Origin: a virus
IMG/VR virus record: IMGVR_UViG_3300021425_003051
Coordinates: 3,019-67,018 of that record
Length of the DNA: 64,000 bases
Strand: one strand, 5' to 3'
Part shown: piece by piece, positions 14,748 through 25,591 of the stretch
How the letters are laid out: each line of letters opens with the position of its first letter
Numbering within the stretch: the stretch's first letter is position 1
Translations under genes and position numbers: made by a program
Notes under the pieces: generated by a model
What the model was told of the DNA's origin: nothing
Databases searched by the model: none
What the model saw: only the letters and a program-made list of their open reading frames with translations

Positions 14748-17659
14748 TGCCAGCACCCTTAGCACTCATCGGACCAGCACTAAAAATGTTAGCCACTCAA
14801 GGGGTGAAACAAGCTGCGATCCAGACTGCCAAGGGTGCTGCTAAGAATGCTGTTAAGGATAAGGCGAAGAACTTTGTTACTGGTAAGGGAAGAAAGAAGA
14901 AAGGTAAGAGGGGGAAGGGTGGTGCCCTAGTTAAATCTGAGGGTGGACAGGAAGAAGAAAGTCAAGAAGGTGGTGGTGCGATTGTTCCAACTACACCGAT
15001 AGTTGGTAAGTATAGAGTAGAGACACCACCACAAAAACCAGACGAGGTAGGGAAACCATCTAAGATTAGTTACGAAGCTATCAACAATCAACTTGATAGT
15101 ATTGTTGGACTGACTGAAGCCTTGAAGAAGACTTCAATGGCTAAGATGAAGACAGCCACTAATAGGAGAAAGGCTGAGAGAAAAGCATCAGAGAAAGCCA
15201 AACAGAGAGATAGAGAAAGTCTTTTAGAGAGAGGTGCCGTTGGGGCAATTGGTGCTGTAGGTGGTGCGGTATCTAAAGCCGTTCCGTTTGACCCACTCAA
15301 GTTCTTCACTATGATTTTCCTTGGGTCATTACTCACCTGGATAATGACTCATGGTAGTAAGATTACTGCCTTCTTGAAGATGACTCTCGCTTTGATGAAC
15401 AACTTTGGTAAGTTGGTCAAGGCTGGATTCACTGCACTGAAGAATGTATTTAAGTTAGGATTTAATACCATTGGTAAACTTGCCTCACCACTTCTCAAGG
15501 TTGGTGGGGGTCTTAAGACTGGTATTAAAGCAGTAGGTAATAAGTTAGCTAAAGCCTTTGGTCGAGTAGGTAATGGACTGAAGAATCTAGCTAAGGGTGT
15601 AATCAATAAGATAAAGGCTGCTGGTAAGATTCTTGCCTCACCACTTAAGGCTCTTCAAGGATTGACTGGACCTGAGAAGAAGGCTGTAAAGACAAATAAG
15701 GGTCTTAATAATCTTCTTAAAAATGCAGGAACAGGATCTCAGAATCTTGGAACTGCAACGAGAGCACCTGGTGCATTGTCTAATGCCACCAGGGCAATGA
15801 GACTAAAACATGGTGATGAAGCAGCCCGAATGTATCAGGGTCTAGTTGATAATGGAATGAAACCAGGTAGAGCATCAAGGTATGTTAATGATGCAATTGC
15901 TAAAGGTAAGTTGACTTCGGCTCCATTGGAAGGAACTCTTGCTGGTGGAAAGAAAGGTAGTCAGTTATTCAAGGGCGGTATCGGACGTTCTACTAACAGA
16001 ATAATTGCTAAAGTTGGTGGTAAGAAAGCTCTCAAAGTTACTAAGGCACTTAAGAAAGCTCTTGGTAGAATACCTATTGTTGGTGGTCTTATCACCCTGG
16101 TTGTCTCTCTGTTGGGTGGTGATCCAGTAACTCAAGCATTGTTTAAGGCTGGTGGTGCAGTTCTTGGTGGATTCCTCGGTTCATTTATTCCCATTCCAGT
16201 AGTCGGAACACTATTTGGTGAGATTGTTGGTGAGTATGTCGGTGACTTGATGTATGTTCTCCTCGCAAAGGGTGAGGGTGGTGGAGCAGAAGGAGTTGGT
16301 CAGAAACTTAAGGATGACCTTACTGCTGCTTTGAGTGTTGGTCAGAAAGCCATGGATTGGGTTGGTAATGGTTTCGGTAGAATGTATGAGGGAATCCCGA
16401 AGATTAATATTCCATGGCCTATTAACAAAAAGTTTCCCGATCCACGTTGGATGTTGAGTCTTACTAATATACCAGAGAAACTTGGAATATTCCATAAGGC
16501 TTTCTTCACTGACAAACCAATGGAGAAAGGTAAGGAGGAAGAAGAAACTTCGGGTAATGTCACTAATATGAACACCAGCAGAGCTTATACTGTTAGACAG
16601 GGGGATCGAGCTGGTGACTTTGTTAATCTACCAGACGGAAGTCTGAGAGTGAATACTGGTCAAGGGACAAGAGCTCTTACACCTGAAGAAAAGGCACTCT
16701 ATGATAGTGGTGCTACTAATATTGATGGATCCAAACCATCATCCACATCAGTAGCAACGACATCTAATGCTGGTTACTGGGCTCCTCTGTTGGAAACCAT
16801 TGCTAAGAAGGAATCAGTTGGTGGATCTTATGATTCAATCTACCCAGGAACAACAAAACAAAAAAGATATGGTGGAAAGGCACTAACTGAAATGACAATA
16901 GCTGAAGCAGATGCATGGCAATCATCAACTTATAGAGAGAGGGGATCATCTGCAGCTGGTAGATATCAGTTTATGAACATTCTAAGTCAAGCAAAAGCTG
17001 CTGGACTGAAGGGGACTGATATGTTCTCCCCTGAAAACCAGGATAAGATGGCCATCAGTTTGATTGTAGATAAAAGGAAGATTACTCCCCAGATGATTAA
17101 AGACAATCCAAATGAAGCAATGATTCGTTTGGGTATGGAATGGGCAGCCTTCCCAATGCCTGTAGACATGCAGGGTCATAAACAGTTTGTAAAGGCTGGT
17201 CAATCGTATTATGCAGGAGATGGAAGAAACGCATCTGGTGCAACTGTTGCGGAAATGAGAGCAGCTTTGAACAAACTTGGAGCTCCACCATTACAGGGAG
17301 ATTCAACGGCACCCAGTCTCCAGAATCAGAGTGAAGGAGAACCAGTAATCACATCACAGGAGACTGATTCTTCAGAGAGTGTGGAGACACCTATGACTAC
17401 TCCAACAGCTACACCAGCTCAGGTATCACCATCAACTCAATCTCAATCACAAATGTCAAGTGGGATTACTGGTTTGTCACAACAACTTTCATACGAACAA
17501 ACTGGTAATACAGTGGTCATGATGCAGGGTTCTGGTGGTCAACAATCACCTATGGGATCTGGTGGTGGCAAGGGAACTCCTATAATAATGGGTTCTGGTG
17601 ACGTGGTAAATAGTTACTATAAGTCACAGGTACTGGGCTTCTTATATAAACAGGGTTAA
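14747..17659 (+). CDS. tape-measure-like protein with lysozyme-like domain
   Basis: Long Ala/Gly/Lys-rich helical region; LLETIAKKES...SAAGRYQF...FSPENQD...EWAAFP muramidase motifs. Confidence 0.7.
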   Translation: MPAPLALIGPALKMLATQGVKQAAIQTAKGAAKNAVKDKAKNFVTGKGRKKKGKRGKGGALVKSEGGQEEESQEGGGAIVPTTPIVGKYRVETPPQKPDEVGKPSKISYEAINNQLDSIVGLTEALKKTSMAKMKTATNRRKAERKASEKAKQRDRESLLERGAVGAIGAVGGAVSKAVPFDPLKFFTMIFLGSLLTWIMTHGSKITAFLKMTLALMNNFGKLVKAGFTALKNVFKLGFNTIGKLASPLLKVGGGLKTGIKAVGNKLAKAFGRVGNGLKNLAKGVINKIKAAGKILASPLKALQGLTGPEKKAVKTNKGLNNLLKNAGTGSQNLGTATRAPGALSNATRAMRLKHGDEAARMYQGLVDNGMKPGRASRYVNDAIAKGKLTSAPLEGTLAGGKKGSQLFKGGIGRSTNRIIAKVGGKKALKVTKALKKALGRIPIVGGLITLVVSLLGGDPVTQALFKAGGAVLGGFLGSFIPIPVVGTLFGEIVGEYVGDLMYVLLAKGEGGGAEGVGQKLKDDLTAALSVGQKAMDWVGNGFGRMYEGIPKINIPWPINKKFPDPRWMLSLTNIPEKLGIFHKAFFTDKPMEKGKEEEETSGNVTNMNTSRAYTVRQGDRAGDFVNLPDGSLRVNTGQGTRALTPEEKALYDSGATNIDGSKPSSTSVATTSNAGYWAPLLETIAKKESVGGSYDSIYPGTTKQKRYGGKALTEMTIAEADAWQSSTYRERGSSAAGRYQFMNILSQAKAAGLKGTDMFSPENQDKMAISLIVDKRKITPQMIKDNPNEAMIRLGMEWAAFPMPVDMQGHKQFVKAGQSYYAGDGRNASGATVAEMRAALNKLGAPPLQGDSTAPSLQNQSEGEPVITSQETDSSESVETPMTTPTATPAQVSPSTQSQSQMSSGITGLSQQLSYEQTGNTVVMMQGSGGQQSPMGSGGGKGTPIIMGSGDVVNSYYKSQVLGFLYKQG

Positions 17660-19005
17660 TGGCAAATTCACCAGGACAAGCAGCTAATATTAAGAAACTT
17701 CTGATCTCTTCAAATCAGAATAGTTCTAGTGCGGATGTTTCTGTTATTACTCCTGACTTTAGATATTACGAGAGTGTATTGTCTAATGTCACTACTTGTT
17801 CAATGGTATTGACTGAGAGTGGTTACGAGATGAATGGTAATCAAAATATTGCATCTGAAGGTCTTCTTGATGGTCTTCCCATTAGAGGTGGTGAGAGAGT
17901 TGATATCACCATCGAAGATAACTATGGTAATACTCTAGACCTGAAGAATGGTCTTTATGTTAACAGAGTGAGGAATGCTCAACCAGGGACACAAAATGAT
18001 GTGTACATGTTAGATCTGTGTTCTAAAGAGTATTTTGCAAACGAACAGACCAGAGTAGTACAAAGGTATGAGGGAAAGATATCTGACAATGTGACAAAGA
18101 TTTTGAAGGAAGTCTTAAAAACTGATGTGACAACATTCAATATTGATTCAACAGCAATTGAATATAACTTCATTGGTAATGATAGGAAACCTCTGTATGT
18201 TTGTACTTGGTTAGCATCTAAGGCTGTACCACTAGGAACAAGTAATGGTACAGGTAATAGTGTGGGTGGTGCGGCAGGATACTTATTCTATCAGACCAGA
18301 GATGGATTTAATTTCAAATCAATTGATAAAATATTTGAACAGTCACCAACTAAGAAGTTCTTATATAACAACATATCTGAGGCCCCATCTGGTGGATATG
18401 ATGCAAAGATTCTATCTTATAGTATTGATAGAGATGTAGATACGAAAGAGAGTATGTCTCTCGGGACATATAACAACAGGTCAATCTTCTTTGATTTCTA
18501 TTCAATGAACTACAAGGTTGTTAACTTTGATATTGGAGAACAGAAGAGTAAGTTATCAACTGCTGGTAAGAAGTTTGCACCAGATCAGGTGTCAAGGGAA
18601 TTCACCCAGTCACCCACTAGATTATTCAGTCATGTTCTGGACGTTGGAACTATTCCTAGAGGAACTACATCTGATGCTCAGTTAAAGAACTGGAAAGATA
18701 ATCCAACAGTGTCTAACTATGATGCTGAGAGAAGTATGGTTCAGTCTGTGATGAGATACAATCAGTTATTCTCTATTCAGACAAATATTACTATCGCACT
18801 TGATCTGAGTATCAAGGCAGGTGATTTGATTTATTGTGATTTTCCACAACTCAAGGGAGGGTCTAATAAAGATTCAAATGCTGAGAGTGGTGGCATATAT
18901 ATGGTAGCACATGTTTGTCACCGTGTGACACCAGAGGACTCTTTCAGTAGCCTCTCACTTGTCAGAGATTCATTCGGTAAAAACACAGGGTTCACGAATC
19001 CATGA
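17659..19005 (+). CDS. baseplate hub gp27-like protein
   Basis: YYESV, PIRGGE, FYQTRDGFNFKSID, SGGIYMV..VCH; lies before gp5. Confidence 0.6.
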   Translation: MANSPGQAANIKKLLISSNQNSSSADVSVITPDFRYYESVLSNVTTCSMVLTESGYEMNGNQNIASEGLLDGLPIRGGERVDITIEDNYGNTLDLKNGLYVNRVRNAQPGTQNDVYMLDLCSKEYFANEQTRVVQRYEGKISDNVTKILKEVLKTDVTTFNIDSTAIEYNFIGNDRKPLYVCTWLASKAVPLGTSNGTGNSVGGAAGYLFYQTRDGFNFKSIDKIFEQSPTKKFLYNNISEAPSGGYDAKILSYSIDRDVDTKESMSLGTYNNRSIFFDFYSMNYKVVNFDIGEQKSKLSTAGKKFAPDQVSREFTQSPTRLFSHVLDVGTIPRGTTSDAQLKNWKDNPTVSNYDAERSMVQSVMRYNQLFSIQTNITIALDLSIKAGDLIYCDFPQLKGGSNKDSNAESGGIYMVAHVCHRVTPEDSFSSLSLVRDSFGKNTGFTNP

Positions 19006-22000
19006 TAGATCAAGGACTATTTAAAAAATATTTTGTAGGTAGAGACGGATTCTACTGGTGGATAGGACAGATTGCAGAAGAATCTTCATGGGTAGATAAT
19101 TTATCAGGTACTCCAACCGAAACTAACGAAGGTACTCCTGGTTTCGGTCAAAGATATAAAGTCCGTATTATGGGTTACCATACTGCGGTTCCATCAGAAC
19201 TACCTGATGACCACTTACCATGGGCGACGGTCATGTATCCCGTCACAGCAGGTGGTGGAACTGCTTCGACATCTGAGACTGCAAACCTGAGACAGGGTAT
19301 GTTTGTCTTTGGTTTCTTCTTAGATGGAGAAGATGGACAACAACCAGTCATCATGGGTGTGATTGGATATAATCAATATACTGCCATCATGGCAGAGGTT
19401 CCTGATGCTAAGTTCGTTCCTTTCAATGGTCTGAATCCATCAAGAGGACAGAATGTCGCAACTTATGCAAGAACAGTTACACCTAATGCTGGCAAAGTAG
19501 CTCCAACTCCATCGATAACAGCAGTAACAACACCACAAGGACAAACAGAAGATTCTAGTACAGATCAGTCGGGTACATTGAATGCTACCACCAACAATGG
19601 TGTTGAGTCTGCCATGGAGACAACAGAAGTAGCTTCTGTGGATGAGGCAGAAGAGACAACAGTAGATAATGTAGTACCAAAACCATCCAAGTGTGACCCA
19701 ATCCCTTTGGGTGGTTTAGCAACTACCATTTCTAATTTCATCAAAGACATTGAAAAAACAAGGAAGACTGTATCAGATTGGAAGTATACTGCAACAAAAG
19801 GTGTAATTGACCAAAAGGCAGAAATTGATAGGAAGAAAGAACAAATTATGAAAGATATCATGAAATATATAAAGGATTACATGATTGAAGCTGAGAAATG
19901 GGCTGAGAAGAAGATGAATGATATCATCAAAGCAATAAATGCTCTGTTACAACCAAATGAATCTCATGCTTTGTCAACATCATTTAATGCCACAGTTGAA
20001 AATATTATTTGTATACTTAAAAAAGTATACAATGCTATTGCAACTTATATTTCTCAATTATTGGACAACATTATCAATAAAGTAATTAATGTAGCGAAAT
20101 GTTTTGTCAATAATTTTGTTTCTGCTGTCTTGGGAACCATCAATGGATTAATCAATTCACTTGTCGATCATTTCACTAATACTATTACAAATCTTATAAA
20201 TGGTGTTTTTGGAATTGTAGATACAGGTTTATCACTAGCATCAGGAACATTTAATATCATTTTAGATGTTATTTCTTTCCTAACTTGTAGTTCTGACAAA
20301 GAGTGTGAAGCATATTATGCTGACCAGTGGAATATCCTAACAGGTGGAAACCAAGACACTCAAAGTATTGATGACCTTCTCCAAGGAGTCACAGATATAA
20401 CTAGTGCTGTTAGTAATGTTGTTTATGATTTTACAGACATTGTCAATGGTGTTGGGGGTATAGTCACTACCTTTGCAAACACTCTCCAACAACAACTGAG
20501 TAATGTCTTTGATATTTCCACTTGTAATGTTGGACCTATCCTTTGTGGTCCTCCTTCCATTGCACTCTTCGGTGGAACTGGTGCTGGATTTGCAGCTAAC
20601 CCTGTACTTGATGCAAATGGTTCAATTATTGCTGTTGATATTATTTCTATGGGTAGGGGTTATGGGCAAGGTGGTTCACTCGCTGCAAAGGTTGTTGATG
20701 CCTGCGGTAATGGAAATGGTGGTGTCATTCTTCCAATCCTAGGAACAAATTTGAGTGATATTCTTGGTTTTGGTAATGGTATTAATCGAAAAGGTGTTTA
20801 TGATGATAATCTTCTCGGCGATGGTCAGAGAGGTGTAATAGATTCTTATTGGCAAGACAGAAGATCTGAATTGTTTGGAGGGACAGAAGTTGATGCGGCA
20901 TCAAATATTGCACAAATTGATGGGACAGGATTTAGTGGTCTCATCAGAGGAGACAGACTTATTCCTACGCCATCAGTTGGAACTACATCAAACACAGGTG
21001 TTGGTGATACTACTATTGTCCTTGATTCTGATTCATTGGCTAATTTGATTATTCCACCTTTCTCAGGTTTAATTGTAGATGAAAGACTTGGGGGATTATT
21101 AGGAACAGGATCTACCACTATATCCTTGTCAACCAGTCTTGTTGGAGCCTCAGGTGATCCAGTTAATATAGGAATTGCAGCTGGAGTCGAAGTGAATAAT
21201 ATCGATTACACTCAACTTGTATCTAACACTAGTAATATTGATAGATTGATATCTGAAACTCCCACTCCTGCAACTGATACAATTGCTACAGGAATTAATA
21301 CTGAAGTTACCGATGGAACTCTTGGTGTTTCTGGATTTATTATTCTTGATGGTGGTGCTGGATATCTAAAAAGACCAGATGGCTCATCTGGTGGTATGAA
21401 TAGAGTTTGGTCCACAGCCGATCAGACTACACTTAAAAAAAGTGATGGAACCTATAAACTTCCAATGAATCCTGGTATCTTATCAATAATTGAAAAAGGT
21501 GATACTGTCACTTTACCTGTTGGAACTAAGGTTATTAGTGAACCACTTGGTGATGGTACAGGTGGTGGCGAAACAATTCTTGGTGGAAAACCTTATGTAG
21601 TAACTAAGTCTGGTGTAATTACTGCACCAAAGAAATCCGAAAGTTCTAACGATGAGGGGGGTGATTACCCATCAAGCACTAGTGGAACTTATCCAGTAAT
21701 AACTTATCTTTCGACCATCTATGTCCAAGACCCAGGTGTTGGATACTCAGCATCAGATGAAGTTGTACTTACTCCTAGTGAAGGAGCAGAAGCCTCAATT
21801 ACTGTCAATGAACAGGGAGCTATCACATCCATTAGAGTGACAAAGAGGGGGGAAGGATTTAAAGTCAAACCAACTGCTTATATCAAATCGAAAGGCGGTA
21901 TTGGTGCCATATTATCTCCTCAACTTGGCATAGATAAAGTTAATGGAGAACGTTTAAATGAACCAGGTATCAGTGATAAAGTCATTCAAGTTAACGATGT

Positions 22001-22016
22001 TGTGGGAGCATACTAA
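19002..22016 (+). CDS. gp5: baseplate hub/spike gp5-like protein (N-terminal OB fold)
   Basis: GFYWWIGQI..RYKVRIMGYH..LPWA..VFGFFLDGEDGQQPVIMG. Confidence 0.8.
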   Translation: MIDQGLFKKYFVGRDGFYWWIGQIAEESSWVDNLSGTPTETNEGTPGFGQRYKVRIMGYHTAVPSELPDDHLPWATVMYPVTAGGGTASTSETANLRQGMFVFGFFLDGEDGQQPVIMGVIGYNQYTAIMAEVPDAKFVPFNGLNPSRGQNVATYARTVTPNAGKVAPTPSITAVTTPQGQTEDSSTDQSGTLNATTNNGVESAMETTEVASVDEAEETTVDNVVPKPSKCDPIPLGGLATTISNFIKDIEKTRKTVSDWKYTATKGVIDQKAEIDRKKEQIMKDIMKYIKDYMIEAEKWAEKKMNDIIKAINALLQPNESHALSTSFNATVENIICILKKVYNAIATYISQLLDNIINKVINVAKCFVNNFVSAVLGTINGLINSLVDHFTNTITNLINGVFGIVDTGLSLASGTFNIILDVISFLTCSSDKECEAYYADQWNILTGGNQDTQSIDDLLQGVTDITSAVSNVVYDFTDIVNGVGGIVTTFANTLQQQLSNVFDISTCNVGPILCGPPSIALFGGTGAGFAANPVLDANGSIIAVDIISMGRGYGQGGSLAAKVVDACGNGNGGVILPILGTNLSDILGFGNGINRKGVYDDNLLGDGQRGVIDSYWQDRRSELFGGTEVDAASNIAQIDGTGFSGLIRGDRLIPTPSVGTTSNTGVGDTTIVLDSDSLANLIIPPFSGLIVDERLGGLLGTGSTTISLSTSLVGASGDPVNIGIAAGVEVNNIDYTQLVSNTSNIDRLISETPTPATDTIATGINTEVTDGTLGVSGFIILDGGAGYLKRPDGSSGGMNRVWSTADQTTLKKSDGTYKLPMNPGILSIIEKGDTVTLPVGTKVISEPLGDGTGGGETILGGKPYVVTKSGVITAPKKSESSNDEGGDYPSSTSGTYPVITYLSTIYVQDPGVGYSASDEVVLTPSEGAEASITVNEQGAITSIRVTKRGEGFKVKPTAYIKSKGGIGAILSPQLGIDKVNGERLNEPGISDKVIQVNDVVGAY

Positions 22017-22726
22017 TGTCAGTTAAAAAGAATCCGTACACTTATCGAAAGCAAACATCTGATGCTGAGATTAAGTTTGGACATATTACAGCTGATAATG
22101 AAATTGATGCTGTCCATTTAAGAAGTGGTTATTTTTTTGACCACTACATGTCTTTTGGTGCGACAGGAGATAGTCATAGAAGGGGCGGAACAATCTTTAA
22201 GTCACCAGGTTCTTTTCAAGTAAAAGCTGGAACGAAAGTACAAGGTTCAGATACTGGTGTCTTTATTAAAGCTGAGAATGGTAACATTCATATTTCCGCA
22301 CCAAGTGGAAACCTCATCCTTGATGCTAGAAATATTTTAATTAAGGCTACTGGTGATAATGATGAATCTGGTCATGTCACTGTAGAAGGTAATAATACTG
22401 TTCAAATAAAGGGCAAAGGTGGTGGTGTAGATATCAATGGTAATCCTTCTGTAAAGATTGCTTCTGATAAACAAGTTGATATAATTGGAAAAACAATTTT
22501 AAATCTTTATGGAAACGTCCTTGATTGTGCTGATGGTAGTTCTTCAACTGTAACACCAGGGAACCCTCTGGACCGTGCTGGCAGTAAAACAGGTCTTCCA
22601 AAGTCAGCTGGTGGATCGTTAGCATCTACAGCTTTATCTGGTTTGGGTGCGTTAACAGGACAAAATAATGAGTTCAACAACTCATTATTAGGTAGCCTAA
22701 CTAGTATATTCGGAATTACTCCATAA
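22016..22726 (+). CDS. gp5 C-terminal beta-helix-like spike protein
   Basis: Repetitive I.A.NGNIHI.A..GNL.L.A.NI.I beta pattern. Confidence 0.55.
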   Translation: MSVKKNPYTYRKQTSDAEIKFGHITADNEIDAVHLRSGYFFDHYMSFGATGDSHRRGGTIFKSPGSFQVKAGTKVQGSDTGVFIKAENGNIHISAPSGNLILDARNILIKATGDNDESGHVTVEGNNTVQIKGKGGGVDINGNPSVKIASDKQVDIIGKTILNLYGNVLDCADGSSSTVTPGNPLDRAGSKTGLPKSAGGSLASTALSGLGALTGQNNEFNNSLLGSLTSIFGITP

Positions 22727-22989
22727 TGAAAACTTTTAAAAACGGATTAGAAAATATCGTCTTCTATGGAGGAAGACTTCAGAATCAAAAACATATTGAA
22801 TTGCCATCAGAGTGGACAAAATTTGTAGATGCGAATACAATTACAATATCATTGACTCCTATCGGCAGTCATCAAGAACTTGTTGTAAGAGGTATTCAAG
22901 GAAATAAGATTACCATTCAATCAAAGTCAGTCATCCCGATTGATTGTTATTATCATGTATTTGCAGAAAGAAAAGACGTAGAATCATGA
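22726..22989 (+). CDS. small protein paralogous to C-terminal domain of next gene
   Basis: IELPSEWTKFVDANTITISLTPIG...VFAERKDVE. Confidence 0.65.
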   Translation: MKTFKNGLENIVFYGGRLQNQKHIELPSEWTKFVDANTITISLTPIGSHQELVVRGIQGNKITIQSKSVIPIDCYYHVFAERKDVES

Positions 22990-23975
22990 GTAAAGTAGGA
23001 GATTTATTTGTAGGAAAACAATTAATCGTTGGTGATCCTACTTTAGCCCTGACGGGTATTGGTAGACCACCAGCAAATCTTAGAGGTGCTGCTTATATTG
23101 AAGCACCAATGATTGTTGGTGATGACACTAAATTCCCACTTCCTGAAGCCACCATGATGATTGGTAGATGTACCAATCTTGATGCTGCAGCTGCCATCCC
23201 TGGTCTCTTTAGAATCAGAAATCTTATTCCTGGAACTGAGACACCTCAGGATGTTGTCATCGGTGACCCATCAGGACCTGTTGGTGTAACCGTGTTCTGT
23301 GGAACATCATTCTTTACAGTTGAAGCTTCAACTATCAATTTAGTTACGATTGTTAAAACTGAACTTTCTGCTATTGTTGATGAAATTGCAGCTCTTAAGA
23401 GTGACGTTGGGGCTAAAGTTTTTGCAGGAGCAAAGTGTGAACTTGGTGTTGATGCAAATCTATCAGCTGCATTTAATGCGGCTCCTCTGAGTGGTTTTAC
23501 TTTCGCAAGTTATGTTGATTATGAAGTACCAGGTCTTACTAGTCTCATCAAGACTGACAAAAAGGCTGAAGCTGCTTTAGCCAAAAACTTTGATATTAAA
23601 CATCCCATCAAAGAGGGACATAGACTGAGACATAGTTGTGTGGAGGCGCCACAAAATGATGTTTATATTAGAGGTAAGTTGAAGGATAGTAATATAATTA
23701 AACTTCCTGACTATTGGAAGGGTCTTGTGGACCCCGAATCTATCACGGTACAATTGACACCTATTGGATGTGCTCAGAAACTTTACTATGAGGAGGTAGA
23801 GTGGTGTAGGACCATCAAGGTACTTAACGCTGACTGTGGACCCGTCTGGTGTTCTTACACAGTGTTTGCTGAGAGAAAGGATGTGGAGAAACTCATCCCA
23901 GAGTATGAGGGTGAGACACCAGAGAGTTATCCAGGAAATAATGATGTTTATGATGTCAGTGGATGGAATAAATAA
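22986..23975 (+). CDS. virion/spike-associated protein with chaperone-like C-terminal domain
   Basis: Start ATG 22986; KNFDIKHP..RLRHSCVEAP..IKLPDYWKGLVD..VFAERKDVE. Confidence 0.65.
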   Translation: MSKVGDLFVGKQLIVGDPTLALTGIGRPPANLRGAAYIEAPMIVGDDTKFPLPEATMMIGRCTNLDAAAAIPGLFRIRNLIPGTETPQDVVIGDPSGPVGVTVFCGTSFFTVEASTINLVTIVKTELSAIVDEIAALKSDVGAKVFAGAKCELGVDANLSAAFNAAPLSGFTFASYVDYEVPGLTSLIKTDKKAEAALAKNFDIKHPIKEGHRLRHSCVEAPQNDVYIRGKLKDSNIIKLPDYWKGLVDPESITVQLTPIGCAQKLYYEEVEWCRTIKVLNADCGPVWCSYTVFAERKDVEKLIPEYEGETPESYPGNNDVYDVSGWNK

Positions 23976-23992
23976 TCAAAAAGTTTGACAAG

Positions 23993-25519
23993 ATGTCCAA
24001 TACTTCTGATATGGTTGATGTTTTTAACAACATTGACAGTGAGACAAAAAACGTTGTAGATGAATCTAAGGCCAAGATATCAGTTTTAGATCAAGCTAAA
24101 ACTCCATATGTAAAAGCCGCTACAAATGTAGATAGATCTCTTCATAATCAAATAACTTCAGTCAATGACACTCTTTATGCAACAAGAGATGCATATGACG
24201 AAAGAATAGATGTTCAGGAATGTCGAAGTGATTTGTTCTGGAGATTGACTGGTCTTACTAGTGTTACGGTTGGTCCTGGTCCTTCTACTCAAAATCAATA
24301 TACTTTTACTTGTACTAAACTCAATACTGTCTACGAAAAATCAGCTTCTGGTGTATCAACTTATTCTGTTGGATTTGGTGCCACTGTTGGATTTTCAACC
24401 AATAGAGTTGTAAGACTTGAAAATGATGGTAGTTTTTATTCATATGAGGTGGAAGTAGAAGGTGATAAACTGATTGGTATTGGTAGTAGTCTTGACACTT
24501 ATTATGAACCAGACAATTTACATGGTCTCAAACTTTATAATGAACCATATGCCAGAGATTTAATAGATACATTCCGTGCATCGGGAATTGGAACTGTTGG
24601 TGTTGGAGTTGCGGCAACTACGAATCGAATTACGATTCTATCTCCAAGTAATGAAACTCCGATTAAGGTTGGTCAACTTATGACTCCTTCTAAGACAGGG
24701 TACTTTGCTACTCAGTATGTCACAGTGACTGCAGTCGGAACTACTGCCGTTGACCTAAGTACATATCCATTTTCTGGTATTACTACTTCTACTCCAGTTA
24801 CTGTTCCTTATATCACTGTCGATTCACTTCCTGTCGCTAAAATTGATGCTCCTCTAGATGATGGATCATATGTAAATATGGTATTTACTCAGGATCCAAA
24901 TACAATTGATGATAGTTATGCTGTTGGGATAACAGATAATCCATATGTAGATCAGTCAATAACATTAATGAGTTATAGTCAGGCTGGAACTGGTGTCAAA
25001 ATTCAATATGATAACAGTGGTATTTCTAGTGGGACGAGAACATGGAATAAATTTATGGATGGTTTTTCAGATCCTAATAGTGATGATATCGATGCAGTAA
25101 TATCAGAACCACCTCTTGGTGCTGATAAAATTTATTATAGAGTTGGATTTACCGAGAAACCTGTTTCTAGTGGTGTTGATGCAATTGAAGGTGATACACT
25201 TGTATTGACACAACAACAAGTAGATACAATACCATCTATCATCACAGTATATTCAACACTACCCGCTTGTAATGATACAGAATTAAACTCAGCAATTTCA
25301 GCTAGAGACACAGCTGAAAGTGATTTAGCGAGTGACAGTACCCTTCAACAAAAAATAACCTTATCAAATTCAATTAAAGAGAAGATTAATGATGAATTTA
25401 ACTTGAGAACATGGGCATATCGAATTCAAATTGGTCAAGCTCAAGAAAGAAAAGCTGGTATTGACACATTTAGAAATTTAATTGAAGGATCTGACTTTCA
25501 GGACCTTATGAACGGTTGA
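23993..25519 (+). CDS. hypothetical virion structural protein
   Basis: 508-aa Thr/Ser-rich ORF in structural operon. Confidence 0.6.
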   Translation: MSNTSDMVDVFNNIDSETKNVVDESKAKISVLDQAKTPYVKAATNVDRSLHNQITSVNDTLYATRDAYDERIDVQECRSDLFWRLTGLTSVTVGPGPSTQNQYTFTCTKLNTVYEKSASGVSTYSVGFGATVGFSTNRVVRLENDGSFYSYEVEVEGDKLIGIGSSLDTYYEPDNLHGLKLYNEPYARDLIDTFRASGIGTVGVGVAATTNRITILSPSNETPIKVGQLMTPSKTGYFATQYVTVTAVGTTAVDLSTYPFSGITTSTPVTVPYITVDSLPVAKIDAPLDDGSYVNMVFTQDPNTIDDSYAVGITDNPYVDQSITLMSYSQAGTGVKIQYDNSGISSGTRTWNKFMDGFSDPNSDDIDAVISEPPLGADKIYYRVGFTEKPVSSGVDAIEGDTLVLTQQQVDTIPSIITVYSTLPACNDTELNSAISARDTAESDLASDSTLQQKITLSNSIKEKINDEFNLRTWAYRIQIGQAQERKAGIDTFRNLIEGSDFQDLMNG

Positions 25520-25538
25520 ACAAGTGTCACATCCCCTC

Positions 25539-25567
25539 TTGACTAGACATCTCTGATACCCTATTAT
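25539..25567 (+). promoter_or_regulatory. sigma70-type promoter TTGACT-N17-TATTAT
   Basis: Preceded by the repeated upstream motif at 25509-25530. Confidence 0.65.
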
Positions 25568-25591
25568 AAGAGAGTCCAAGAAAGACCACCC

